42,156 nucleotides of DNA, from positions 1 to 42,156 of the forward strand of contig NMRA01000690.1 in NCBI GenBank assembly GCA_002633005.1, in the 5' to 3' direction. The DNA is from Phoronis australis. Taxonomy: Eukaryota > Animalia > Phoronida. Both the position numbers and the translations under genes were made by a program. The notes below the pieces were generated by a model that worked only from the letters and a program-made list of their open reading frames with translations, had not been told where the DNA came from and made no database searches. Shown piece by piece: positions 12,633 through 24,924 of the stretch (its first letter is position 1; the number at the start of each line of letters is the position of its first letter).

Positions 12633-14165
12633 AGACCTAATTCACGCGGCGGACATTAAAATCCAAAGCGAGGCTCACTACGATAAACAAAGCGAAAGTT
12701 GACATTGCCTGAGTTAAATGGCCGGTCTTTCGAGTCCAACCTGGATATTAAATCTTAAAAATGTGTCGACAATTAACCACAAAGACGTAGAAAAATACAT
12801 TAGAGAACAAGTTAATGCACCAAAGAGATGTCTGACGAAAGGGTATAATTTTTTGGAAAACTATTTTCGAAACATGAAAAGTAAATATGACCAAATTGCG
12901 GCGATCGTAGTGTTACGGATTAGGTATTATGCTGAATGCAGGGTTACCTATCTTCTTGAAATTAAGTTGTTGATAAAATGCTTTCTACACGAACCAGGTT
13001 ATCTGCTCGTATTGTTGACGAGTTGAACTGAGATATATTCGACAGTGGTGGCTCATCGCATTTTGCTGTCATGTGCAAGTAGTCACATCTGGTTTAATTA
13101 GTTGATGAAGAATATTAATATCAAGCATAGCCTGATCCTGGTGAGGTAGGGACTATACCGGGACCAACAGCTGATTTGTCATTGATCTGATAGAATAATT
13201 GATGTTATTAAATATATTTTAATTAAAATAAAAGACAGGCTCGTGATTGAAAATAAAAATTATTTGACCATCAATTCTGCTTTCTTGGTTTTAATAATTC
13301 TTACGTCTATTTCATGTATTAGGTTTCAAATTATGAATCTGGACCAAGTTGAATTTTAAAATTAAATCACCTATTTCATTCGTCCAAAGCATAACCTCGT
13401 TTTAGAACTCGATTCAGTTAACTGGACAGAGCAATCATAGTTATCATGTTTCCAGGAGCCTCGTTCATCCGAGGCCGGGGAACTGAGGTGCCTGTGCCTT
13501 CTGAGAGAAGATTTTTTGGCTTTTCGCTGAGTGAGGGGAAAACTCTACCTCCTGATCACCATCAATAGCACTCCCGCCGAGTGCAAGCTCCCATAGGCTC
13601 TGCCTCAATTTAAAGTAGCATTTTGTGCTCTTTCAAATTGTCACCTGTGTGGTTACAGGTGATTTGAACTTTGGATCGAGAGAAATTTTCAGTCACTAGG
13701 GGAATGTTTAGGCCTCGTGGGGGAATTTCGCGTGATTTTCAATATTTTTGAGAGGGAAATAGGGCCGATATTTGGCCCCAAAATCGAGGGATTGAGGGAC
13801 CTGTCCTTTTTGGAAAGAAAAATGCATCATGTTTCAACCCGTAGTCATGAGCCTGGCTGGCCGAATATTCTCCGGTCGTTGCTATCGATGCTTGACAACC
13901 GAGATGCGACAATATATGATATAAACTTTTCGAAAACATTTATAAATTTTACACGGACATATTTTCCTTCGTCGTGGCGTATGTAAACGACCCAGAGCTT
14001 CCGAATCTCAACGTCCCTAGGGATTGTAAAGCAGACAGTTGAGTGTCGGTATTTTTTCTAGCCGTTCGAGCAACGCGATCCTACACTACTGTGCCGATAA
14101 GGTAACAGAGCTTTCGTGGCGAGCCTCGTTTTGGAACGCGCCTCCTGTCGGCGTGAATTGAGTGT
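12633..14165 (+). mobile_element. Non-autonomous ISL2EU/PIF-Harbinger-like element (copy 1, ~1.53 kb)
   Basis: Imperfect TIRs AGACCTAATTCACGC / GCGTGAATTGAGTGT, flanked by AT on both sides. The left end carries W..NL..V..I...KGYNF.ENY (ORF 12718), like the N-terminus of the ISL2EU second ORF. The right end carries a convergent THAP-like remnant. A full-length inverted copy lies at 20954-22936. Confidence 0.75.
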
Positions 14166-17100
14166 ATAGAACTCAGTACATGAATAAACTAATTCTACTT
14201 GAGCGTTGATGTACAGTCTAAAGATCTACCGTGTACGTCATTTCCTAAAATAAAAAGCGAACATGGTTTCTCTTTACTCGCAGTGTTTGTATTTCCTTTT
14301 CCGGGTTTTAAACACGTCGTGTGATTATAAGGTCATTCCAAAGAACAATTCATTTTAAATATCCCGCTTTTCCAATTAACGACTTTTCAATATTTCTGTT
14401 TTGACAAAATAATGGGCACGGAAGAGCGAAGTGAAGGTTTAATCTATTTCTTTAATTGCTAGTGCTTGTTGGTCTTAAAATTGGAGAATTGGAAAAGAAG
14501 ATACTAAACAAATTAATCTGGGCGGTATAGAGTGTTAAAACTGCTAATATTGTTCAAGTATTGAATGTAGATTCGGAACAAACGAGCTACACGCGAAATT
14601 ATAATGGCATAGAGAGCAAAATTAATTTGCAATTGATTTTTAGAAAGTTAAATGACATGAAGCAACATCCGGTATTACTGAGAGCGGCTTTTATGCAAAT
14701 AGCACTGATCAAATTTCGTTCCTGGAGAGTAAGTGCTGTCGAACTTTAAGAGGAATGTTACCTTTTTGGAGGCGTTTCTGTTAAATTGACATATCGTTTA
14801 TTCTAAAATGTTCACTATTTTGAATCTTAATAGTCGATTTCTTGAAACACAAAATGTCTGGAAAACACAAGTGCTCGATGCAGATGGGGAAGATATCGCT
14901 GAAATCGACCAAAACGCAACTCACCGAGATTTGGAGTGCATAACACTGTACAGTGCTTAGAAAGAGTCAGGTCTTGACCCACTCTTGGGGAATTCAGATA
15001 ACGAGCTAGAATGTTCAAATTTGTATTGCCAGGATATAGTATACATGTAAAATTGTGAGGCAAGGGTGAATAGCGAAAATCAATTCGATTTAAAGAGTAT
15101 ACAAATGTTAATGTGTAAAATCAAAAAGTGCAAAAATCAAGCTAGCAATGCTGCTGGTATCAGCGTATTTGTGAAAGAATGTTTGGTCAAGTACTGTGAT
15201 TTCACTCGTCGGGTTATTCTGAAGTGCGACAAAATGGTGTTTGTTAAATTTACACAAAGAACAAGTGATCATGTATTTTGTCCACCTACACACAGAAGGC
15301 TGAAACTGTTACTCCACCGAAGAAACATTTGGCATACACTGTATTACTACTTCGAAATGAGTGGCTAAATTAATGTTCTGTGTATTATATAACGTTTATC
15401 TGTTGTGATTTCAATTCTCGCGTGGTAATTTGAAAGACTTAATATCCGAAGAGATAGTTCAGGCTACCTCCCCGCTGTTCAGAGAGAAACAAGTGATTGC
15501 GTAATTAGTAGCTTTGGAAAGAGCTTGGTGATTTGGAGGTTTCCTGTGAAATTTATTTAAACATTATGAACCGTAAAAGTAAAGATGACTGCGAACGGTT
15601 TTGTTATGCATGACGACGGTGGGACGTTGTTGATTATTTATCGGTCACAAAGTTACAGATATCTATGAGCATATAATAAATTACAAAATAGATTTATTTG
15701 ATCTGTCTGACCGTTTAGCGATAGTTTGTACCTTAACACCAGGTGTCAATTTTCAGTTCTGCTATCTGTTGGCCTCAGAAACTCTTCGTCAAGTGTCAAC
15801 CCGTCTGAGAAAATAATGTGTTCCGCGGAGCAGGTACTCTACTACAAGACATACTTCATTGAGTCAGACTGTTTCCGTGATTTTCATGATGAATTTTATC
15901 ATTTAATTAAAAAGGATTTGATGGATGAATCTGCTCCATTTGTTCGGATTTGCTTCTTCAAATATGCTCCCAAAACTAGTATTCAATCTCATTAGTTTAC
16001 AGAAGGGAAAATAAGTAAATTCAACGGTTTTGATAATTTCACTATAAAAATCTGCCTGTGATTTACACTTTAAAAGCGCAACTCCGTGGTATAATGACTG
16101 AGATAAGTGAAAGGAACCATGCGCAGCACTGAGTCTTCGTCTTAAATAACTCATAAAACAATCAGAAAAATTAAAACTGTCCAGTAAGTATGATGTAGTC
16201 CAGGTGAAGAGGTTTAATTTTTCTGATTATGAACTTTCCTGGATGGGTGAAGAATTACATTTCAAGAACTCCTAAATGTGCACTTTGGCGATCTGCTAAA
16301 TCAATAAAACAAGATTAGAGAAAATGTACAAAATAATATTGATGATGTACGCTCACATTTTGGTAACCACTGCTGTGAAAGTAGCGTTATTCACCAAATA
16401 ATAAAACATCATTATCAAATATTAGGTAAACCTTCCCAATGTGCCTTCTCGCCGTAATCCAAAGGCAGCTTACGACACTTTGTGTGACTTGGACAAAGAC
16501 GCAAGACATTCACGAGTAAACTATAGTGAGATCACGTGCATCTGTTGTAGTGCATGGCAAAATCTAGTGAAGACTTGCGTGATCTCACTTTTCTTGCAAG
16601 AAATTTGTTCTACGGAACGTGGATAGCGTTCCTTAGACCAACTTCCTTTCGAGAAAAGTATCTCTCGAAAAACCTTGCAAAATCTGGCGAATACAAGGGG
16701 AATGTTCCGTAAGTAAACTGGAGCATACCAGCCTATCATTGTATAATGACGGCTACTGAAGTGATGGGAGTTGTAAAGCAGAAATAAGGGACTGAATTGA
16801 TGAAGTGGGCAGGATAAAATTCATTGGTCCCGGTCTATAAGCGGTGATTTCGCTACAAATGTAAGCTAACGGTTTTGATGTCTACGAAAGAAAACAAACT
16901 ATTTTCGTTCAAACAGATTAGATTTCCCACAGCAAGTGCCTCGTGAATTTCTTGATTTACGAAACCAAGGAGTGGAAACAACCCCATTGCTATCCGTCCA
17001 TGTACATGTAGCTGTGTTTAGAGGTGCAGCTATGAACCTGGTTCTCGGGACTGGGGTGTGGTCATTGTGCATAGAGCATTTCCGCTCGGTGTGTGAACTC

Positions 17101-17548
17101 TAGGATCATGGATCCTGAAATGCGTACCGTGGGTTTGGTGTCTGCTGGTCTGGGATCGTAGCTGGAGTTTAGGGGGTGGTCATGGAATTGCTTCCACGCC
17201 ATGGGAACGAGCCTGAGAAATTCAAACGGGCTCGGTTTTTGAGATGACCTCAGTGTGAAGGCAAAATTGTAGTTACGCAAGTACAGTAGGCCTAACATGC
17301 TCAAATGTCGTCACAGTATGCAAATTAAAGAGATTCACGGTGAGCACCTCTAAGCTGCTACAGAAAACAAGCAGAGATATTGCTTGTCATTCGGAACACC
17401 TCTGGTGTTTTCGTGGTATCATGGAAGCTTCGGCAATGCCGAGGGGAGGGGGTGATGCGAAGCTGAAGGAAGTGAACCAAACACGGACTGCAGGAGTTGA
17501 CGCAATCGTCGATGTAATCGATACCCTACTCACATGAAAGGCAAATAA

Positions 17549-17687
17549 TATGGGCGGCGCAGCCCTAAAAAGTGGGGCTATAGCCCCCAGCACCCCTGTG
17601 GTGCAATTCTCACAGACCATGGGCGGAGTAGCACTGAAAAAAGTTGCGGGCTATAGCCCCCCAGCCCCCTATGGTGCGCCGCCCATG
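17549..17687. mobile_element. GC-rich MITE with 5-bp TSD AATAA, internally dimeric
   Basis: TIRs ATGGGCGGCGCA / TGCGCCGCCCAT; AATAA on both sides; two internal GGGCTATAGCCCCC units. Confidence 0.75.
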
Positions 17688-17941
17688 AATAACTGTACTT
17701 TACGCGACGTTAGGGCGTGTTTAACTTTATCCATTGGGTAACACGATCGATCCCTGGAAATGAACAAAAAAAGAAAAATTCCATTTTTGTGGATGTAGCT
17801 TGTGGCAGTGTTCAAGGTAGTTTTTTGGGATGTGGCTTCTTGACTAATTTCCTTCACATACACGGATTTCTCATACGAGTCCTTAACGGATCGCCAAATC
17901 TCAAGCATCCATAAACAACGTGTTGCAAAGCGCAATAACTC

Positions 17942-18008
17942 GCAGTGTAGCGTGGTTGATAAGTGCCCCCTTTCTTTACTCGAGGTCGTGGGTTCGAGTC
18001 CCACCAGG
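17942..18008 (+). mobile_element. tRNA-derived SINE head or tRNA pseudogene
   Basis: A-box-like TAGCGTGGTTG and B-box GGTTCGAGTCC; stems do not pair fully. A similar B-box fragment lies at about 20105. Confidence 0.5.
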
Positions 18009-18611
18009 TCACACTGCTAAACCCTTGAGCCAAAAAGTGTCTAGCTCCTCAGCTCGGTTTTAAGCATATAATAATAAAGCAAAAGAATAGTTCCAGGCGA
18101 TTAATGCAATGGGCCCACACGCGAGGCCTGGGCACGTCTGGTACAACGTGTATCAGACCGCCTGCAATTGGAAAATATGGGTAAAAGGAGAAGCAATTTT
18201 TGATATGTCAAAAAGTCCTCCAGCGATCGTCCACGGATTGATTTATCCGTAAATGACACGCAAAGGATCACAAACTGCTCATAACAAGACGTAACCTTTC
18301 GAAAACTGCTCGTACCTAAGAATCCTTAAGTGACTCTTAATGATTTAGCAATATATCTGTGTGTAGTTTACGGACAGCTGACAATCCTTCAGTTTCAGCG
18401 GAAAGCATTTTGGTGAAGTTAAGAGCATTACGAAGGTAATTGAAAAAGTACAGGTATCATGAGTTAAATTTAGCTCGCAGAGGAGGACCCAAACCCCGGT
18501 GGGGGTGCGATCGCACCAGTCGCACACACCCCCACCCACCTCCTGGGTATGGGGATGTGTTCCAGGTGTATGTGTACATGTACCTATCGAACGCCAGAAC
18601 AGCTCAGTATT

Positions 18612-18911
18612 CAGGGGCGTATCCAGGATTTTAAGTTAGGGGTGCCAGGGCACAGGAATAACCAGAATTTCGCTACATGCGCGCGCCAAGCCTAAAATGT
18701 AGGAATGAAGGGTCTTGAATTTTTGGGTTTGCGGACCTTATTACTAAAAAAGGTAAACAGGGGTTTTTCAAGACCTATGCGTTGTGCTTTCACCCCACGA
18801 GCTCCCTGGATGCGCGCGTATGCTAGTTCGCACCCCGAACTGCGAAATGGTATCAGGGAGAATTTTAGTGGGGGCTATGGCCCCCTTGTCCCCCCCCTGA
18901 ATCCGCCACTG
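18612..18911. mobile_element. MITE with CAG...CTG termini and 5-bp TSD GTATT
   Basis: CAGGGGCGTATCCAGG at 18612 and CCTGAATCCGCCACTG ending at 18911; GTATT on both flanks. Confidence 0.8.
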
Positions 18912-19885
18912 GTATTTGACAAAATATGTCAGCAGAGCAGATTTTGAATGAACAAATGTCTTATTTGCTGTTGGTATCGGTGGTGAAACAAGACTTGTCG
19001 TGCACTCGACATGCGGTTACTAGCGAAACACCTTTACTATAGGCGTGAACGGGAGACCTGAGCAGCAGGAAATGCAAATATGAAAGATGCTGAGGGCTTT
19101 TACGCTGAAACTCAAGTTTCCAAAAGTTGGAGAAGATCGTCAACGTATTAGTTGTAGTCCTGTGTGTGTACATGTACAGTAGGAATTCTGATGCTTGACC
19201 CCGAGTACGTGACAATTCATGAGTAACTTACTGACGCATCTAGGACGTTGTAAGGAGGGAGGTGGGGGTGGTAGGCAAATTTTTCGTCGTGACTGTAGGG
19301 GGCTTATGCAATCCATTTATTTTATTTGTTTGCAGGTCCTTTGGTGAAATTCTCCTATATAAGTTTGTTATTTTGATTTCGGTTGCTTTTCTCAAAACAT
19401 TTTGCAGTAGGCAGTTTTCGGGACTTTGGATTTTCGTTAATAAACAGGACTTTTCATTTTGTGAAGTGTGTAATTTCTCCCGGTTGCATACACAGAAATA
19501 ATGCCGGTCTTTTTGATGAAGCCGCCGTCAAAAGTTGTCAAACATTAAACAATTTCCTTGTTTGCACTCAATTCAGGAAGTAACAAAAACCATTCGCATA
19601 ATAGATTGTTCTTCGAGGATAAAAGCAGTAATCGGAAAAGACCCCATACGAAAAAAAAATGTTATTTCCAAACAGAGGATTATTGGTTCTATTTTACATG
19701 TTCTATACAAAGGAAACAACAACTCTTTCAATTTAAAACTTTTTTAACACGTTTCATCAAAATGGTGTCAAATTTGTCGCGTTTAGTGATTTTTATTTAT
19801 TATTGCAAATCAAGGCACTTTCTGCAAATAACCGTCTGTTCGATCGGACCGGAAGGAAGTTTGGCGCGAGTAACCACCGACAGTG

Positions 19886-19959
19886 TATAAAACAGAGAGC
19901 CTGGACTCAAATCTCTCATTTCCACCAAGGTATAAGGTTGAGCCGTCTCTTGGGTAAGT
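19886..19959 (+). promoter_or_regulatory. Candidate TATA/Inr promoter with a short non-coding first exon
   Basis: TATAAAA at 19886, Inr-like TCATT with its A at 19918 (32 nt downstream), and a consensus donor G|GTAAGT at 19954. The exon contains no ATG. Confidence 0.45.
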
Positions 19960-21490
19960 AAAATGTTTTGAAGATATTTGTTCCAAGTACTTATATGTTA
20001 CTAAGTAATTCTTACTTCATAAGATGCAGAACTCGGTGTTTTTTATATTACGAGATGTGTATTAATATATCTTTTTCAGTATGCACGGTTAGCTGGAGGT
20101 CCTGGGTTCGAGTCCCGGTCGGGGGCAAAAATCTTTTCGGACTTGTATTCATTAGGTCACGTGATGTGACCAAAAAGATGGCGGGTTGAAAGGGATCAAC
20201 TATTTCCAACATATTACGAGATATCAACTACCAACCCATGCTGTCTGTCAAAAACGACTTCTTATTTAGGCCACGTACCGTTATCAAGTGGTCTCAAATT
20301 GTAACTAAGTCATAATAGGTGCGATGTTTGGACTTCGAAAGAGCTGACAGTTAGTTATGTTTTCAAACCAAGATAATAAACTTCCAGTTCAAGGGCTACT
20401 TCGGGGCTGAGTAAAGAACAACCCATATGCAGTTTATATAACGACAATGGTCTAAATCGGAAATTGTTTTTGGCAGAAAACACAGGTCAAATGCCGCGTT
20501 TGAAGGAAAAAAAACGAATTATTAGTTCTTAATGAGGCCAGAGATCGCATTTAAACTGAGTAAATAAGTCAATTTCACTTCTATAGCGGCAGGTTATAGA
20601 GCTTTTGATGAGAAAGAAAAGATTTTATGTCGCTTTAAAGTTGCCTGGAACGCAATAAACAGAGTCGTTTTGCAATATTCAAAGTGGTTCTGTGCCACTG
20701 AAACAGAATTTAACCTGCTCTCCGGGTATTTTAGGGTTTGTTCGTGAAGAATTTTAATTTCTGTTGATTCAAAGCATTTTCCTTTGGTTTCAAATTTAAA
20801 AAAAAACAATCTGGCAACTGCTCGCCACTTCGTCGATTTTTCTCCCACAAGGCAAAAAACGTCTCCGGGTATGGCAAGACATGGATATAACATAGTTCCA
20901 TTACATGGAAATGTGACTTTTGACCTCACACGACTTCAAACAACTGACTATATAGACCCTATTTACGCCCACAGGAGGCGCGTTCCGAAACGAGGCTCGC
21001 TACGATAGCTCTCAGTGGTGGCTTATCCGCGTAGTTGTACTCCGGGTTGCTCGAACAGCTAGAAAAAAGCGGACACTCAACTGTCTGTTTTACAATCCCT
21101 AAGGACATTGGAATGCGGAAGCGTTTGGTCCTTGCCATACGCCGCGACGAAAGAAAATATGTCCGTGTAAAATTTAAACTTTTTTCGAATCATAATTTAT
21201 CACATCTCGGATGCCGCCATAGCAACGAGGACCGGAGAATCTTCGGCCAGCCAGACTGTGGGTTGAAGCGCGATGCCTTTTTCTTTACAAAAAGGACAGG
21301 GCCCTGAATCACTCAATTTTGGGGCCAAATAACCGCCCTATTCCCCTCTCAAAAATATTGAAAAAATCACGCGAAATTCCGGGCCCCTGACAAGGCCTGC
21401 CTATTCCCTTCGTGATTGAAAATTTCTCTCCAACGGTTCAACTGAAATCACCTGTGACCACAGAGGTGACAATTTGAAAAAGTACAAAAC

Positions 21491-21782
21491 CATAGGCGGA
21501 TTTAGGGGGGCCAGGCCCCCCCCCCCTTGACTACCGCAAGCAAAACAAACCAGCAAAACGTGAAGCGGTAGGAAATACTGCAGTTCGAGGTAGGACCGGT
21601 ATCGGACGAGGGGGGGAAACACGTTCCGTTTTTTTATTTTAGTCCAACGACAGATTTCCTGAGCTGAAGGTATACATCCTCGACGCCTGCAACTTGCGGG
21701 CCGCCTGCGAGCATACAATCGCGCTTTGCCCGCTTCTCCGAGGATGTCGGCCCCCCTCATGGTATCCTGAGATCAGCCACTG
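21491..21782. mobile_element. MITE nested in ISL2EU-like copy 2
   Basis: Absent from copy 1; termini CATAGGCGGATTT...GATCAGCCACTG; TSD AAAAC/AAAAT. Confidence 0.75.
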
Positions 21783-21970
21783 AAAATGCTACTTGAGACA
21801 GAGTTATGAGAACTTGCAACAGGGCGGGGTGCTATTGATGGTGATCGGGAGGTCAGAAGATTTTTCACTGACCCGTCGCTCAGCGAAACGTTCCCCTCTC
21901 AGAAGGCCGCACAGGCACCTGTTTCCCCTCGCCCGAGGCCTCTGAAGAAACATGATAACTATGCTTGTTC

Positions 21971-22127
21971 TAGGGGGGATCCAGGACTTTGAGTTGAGGG
22001 GGGGGGAAGGCAGAGTATTAGCCAGGATTTTGCCTGTCAGACATTCGCGCTCCTGAACTGCCAAATGGAGTCTGGGAGAATTTTAGGGGGGCATGGCCTC
22101 CTTGGCTCCCCTCTAAATCCGCCACTG
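21971..22127. mobile_element. Second MITE nested in ISL2EU-like copy 2
   Basis: Absent from copy 1; termini TAGGGGGGATCC...AATCCGCCACTG; perfect 5-bp TSD TGTTC. Confidence 0.78.
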
Positions 22128-23807
22128 TGTTCTGTCCAGTTAACTGAAATTGAGCTCTAAAACGAGGTTATGCTTTGGACGAAAGAATTAGGTGTTTTAA
22201 TTTTAAAATTCAACTTGGTCGAGATTGATACTTGAAAAATAAAACACATGAAATAGACGTAATTATTAAAACCAAGAAAGTAGAATTGATGGTCATATAT
22301 TTTTTTATTTTCAATTGCGAGCCTGGTTTTTTATCGTAATCAAAATGTATATTTAATAACATCAAGTATTATTTCAGATCAATGACAAATCAACTGTCAG
22401 TCCCGGTAGTGCCTACCTCACCAGGACCTAGGCTATGCTTGAAGCTAATAGGGCTACTCTTGATCAACAAATTAAACCAGATGTGACTAATTTCACATGA
22501 CAGCAAAATACTATGAGCCACCACTGTCGAATATATCTTCAACTCGTCAACAATACGACCGGATGACCTGGTTTGTGTAGAAAGCATTTTTATCAAGAAT
22601 TTATGAGAAGAAACGTAACCCTGCATTCAGCATGATACCTAATCCGTAACACTACGATCGCCGCAATTTGGTCATGTTTACTTTTCATGTTTCGAACCTA
22701 GTTTTCCGGAAAAAACTTATCCTTTCGTCAGACAACTCTCCGGTGCATTGACTTATTCTTTAACTGTATTTTTCTACGTCTCTGTGGTTAATTATTGACG
22801 CATTTTTTTAAGATTTAATATTCAGGTTGGACTCCAAAGACCGGCCATTTAACTAACACAATGTAAATTTCCGCTTTGTTTATCGCATTGAGCCTCGACG
22901 CTTTGGATTTTAATGTCCGCCGCGTGAACTGGGTCTATGAGCAAGGAGTGTCACTCCTTGCTATGAGCGCATGCTCGCATTTATCATGAGTGGGAGGGAG
23001 ATTAGAAACTCTGTGGTGACCACAGTTTTTCCTTGGCGCATATTTCAAAATAGTAAATTTGATGATTCTGAAAATTTTCTCACATAGGAAAGTAAATTAG
23101 TCTGTAATAGACGTTGCTAGATGGTACTTTAATCAGGAATTGTTTAAAACGATATTTTTGTCGAGCTTTCGCGTTCCATGCCTCTTTAAATAGGAACTTG
23201 CAGGCTACTTCATTGTCTCTGTGATAGGTTGGCCACCGCAAGTCATTGAACTGTGTCCTGTAGGTAGCGTGACATGGCCGAATAACACTGTCTGCCGGAT
23301 ACGGGCTATGTAAGCCCGCGAGCTACGTCTTAGTGCAAAGTTCACCTATTCGCGGATTTTGTTGTTGTTTTCACATTTACAAGTTGTCAGTGAATACAAC
23401 TACTCTTTGTTTAGCGCAGATTATATTAAAATAGCATTCAATTGTCGTTTAGTTCTTGATCGCTATACATTAGCATAGTATAGGAGCATGGCATCTCTAA
23501 GTCCTGGGAACAAAATATTTGAGATGAACTAGCGTCTTACATAAGTGTTGCGGGTATGGCAGTTTTGATAAGCAAATTTTCTTACCACGGGTTCGAGTGC
23601 GGGTTTCGTATAGGGGCTTGCTTGCCTGGTATGCGCACTCTCCACAGAAGTGAATTCGCTTAGGGCAACGACAGACGGAGAGTCGCAAGTTGTGTGTGTC
23701 ACGTGAGTGATTATCACAGTCACCTGCACACAACGGATAATAATTCGTGGAATGGAACCTACTGTGTGGCCTTAGCACGCCTGGTGCACCGCACAAGGCT
23801 GCCTACT

Positions 23808-24376
23808 GGACCCGTTGGTTCCCTGCGTGCCTGACCTACTCGCGCTTTAGCATTGGTTGATGTAACCTCAGCAGTCATTGGTTAGCGTTACAACACCGTG
23901 AACGAATTTTGGCCTTGTCAAGCAAGTGGCGTCGCAACAACCATTTCGTTTCTGCAATGATGTTTTAAAGCCGCGTACTTGAAGCACACTTATGCATGTG
24001 CAACTGAATAAACACATACCTGGCTTCGGATTTATCTGGTGAGTTAACCATATTGTATGAATACAGGACAGTATCGTAAACAAAAGTCATCGACAGTAGA
24101 AAGATGCACTCCGCCCGAAAAGGCACTACCACAATTTCTAGGATTTCATGAACCGATAAATTTTAAGCACCGTTCTGTCTGTACAACCACTTTACATTTT
24201 AGTCCATCAGTCATGCCAGTTTGTTTGCGTAAAGCGCTGCCTACACGTAGCTGTTGAGGACTCGACTAGCCCGGCAATCAGAAACGCCGGGAAAAAAAAT
24301 TGCCGAGGAAAATTAAGTGATACCTGCGTGCTGGCTACCGACCACCTAGCAGCACGCAGGGCGGAACCAGCGAGCC
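23808..24376 (+). mobile_element. ~570-bp TIR element directly upstream of the peptide gene
   Basis: Ends GGACCCGTTGGTTCCCTGCGTGC / GCACGCAGGGCGGAACCAGCGAGCC are inverted repeats. The interior matches 35368-35900 in reverse complement. Confidence 0.75.
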
Positions 24377-24392
24377 TTCATAGTGGATAACG

Positions 24393-24433
24393 TGACGTCA
24401 TATATCTCACCCTCTGCAGTTTCTATTTTCAGT
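24393..24433 (+). promoter_or_regulatory. CRE palindrome + TATA-like box + Inr (alternatively a splice acceptor at 24432)
   Basis: TGACGTCA at 24393-24400, TATA at 24401, and TCAGT with its A at 24431, exactly 30 nt downstream. The same TTCTATTTTCAG also reads as an acceptor. Confidence 0.45.
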
Positions 24434-24468
24434 CCACTCCGTCCTTTTGTCTTGCACGTCAACGCAAC

Positions 24469-24652
24469 ATGTTCAAGCGGAAAGCAGTGTTGTTTGTCGC
24501 CATAGTCCTGGCCATGCTGCTGGTCGGGGACATGTGTTCTTACACAGAAGCGAGGGCTAACCCTCGAGCAAAGCGTCGAACTGAACGTAGCCTATTTGAT
24601 ACCTATGCCATTGCCCGAGACCCTTGGGATGGGGATGGTGATGGTGACCAAA
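24469..24652 (+). CDS. Secreted prepropeptide gene, coding exon 1 (signal peptide, RAKR/KRR site, acidic DG repeat)
   Basis: CAACATG start. MFKRK, a hydrophobic core AVLFVAIVLAMLLVG and a likely cleavage after TEA, then RANPRAKRRTERSLFDTYAIARDPWDGDGDGDQ. Consensus donor A|GTGAGT at 24653, phase 1. Confidence 0.8.
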
Positions 24653-24712
24653 GTGAGTAAAAGGCAAATCCTGCCACCTGTGCATATAAATGTATATACG
24701 TGCGTACGTACG

Positions 24713-24838
24713 TATGTACTTGAATGTGTGTGTATGTATGTATGTATGTATGTATGTATGTATGTATGTATGTATGTTTGTATGTATGTTTGTATGCATG
24801 TATGTGTGTATGTATGCATGTATGTATGTACGTATGTG
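24713..24838. repeat. (TATG)n microsatellite in the intron
   Basis: About 30 imperfect TATG/TGTG units; it explains the CMYV/HTYI pseudo-ORFs. Confidence 0.95.
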
Positions 24839-24924
24839 TTCACATTGCAGTGCCAACTCTAAGTGTTTTGGAACTCAGTAATGACGATTGTTCGCCTGAT
24901 CTCACAATTTTCAGGCCATTATCA

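Larger units (their letters stand above)
20954..22936 (-). mobile_element. ISL2EU/PIF-Harbinger-like element (copy 2, inverted) with two nested MITEs
   Basis: Reverse-complement match to 12633-14165 along its length, with AT flanks and termini AGACCC...GGGTCT. ORF 21035-21307 (FTIPKDIGMRKRLVLAIRRDERKY) resembles a THAP domain. Confidence 0.8.

Noticed and set aside
17340-17537. Possible paralogue of the peptide precursor
   Set aside because: No ATG-led signal peptide in one frame and no alignable similarity.
19336-19501. Strong acceptor followed by hydrophobic YKFVILISVAFL
   Set aside because: No initiator Met or matching upstream coding exon; T-rich sequence produces such stretches by chance.
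2738-20130. Functional tRNA genes at about 2738, 17942 and 20090
   Set aside because: A/B boxes are present, but acceptor and anticodon stems do not pair properly; treated as SINE or pseudogene heads.
23204-23309. Open exon-like segment YFIVSVIGWPPQVIELCPVGSVTWPNNTVC resembling half a chitin-binding domain
   Set aside because: Only two Cys, a weak acceptor and no phase-compatible neighbours that build a protein.
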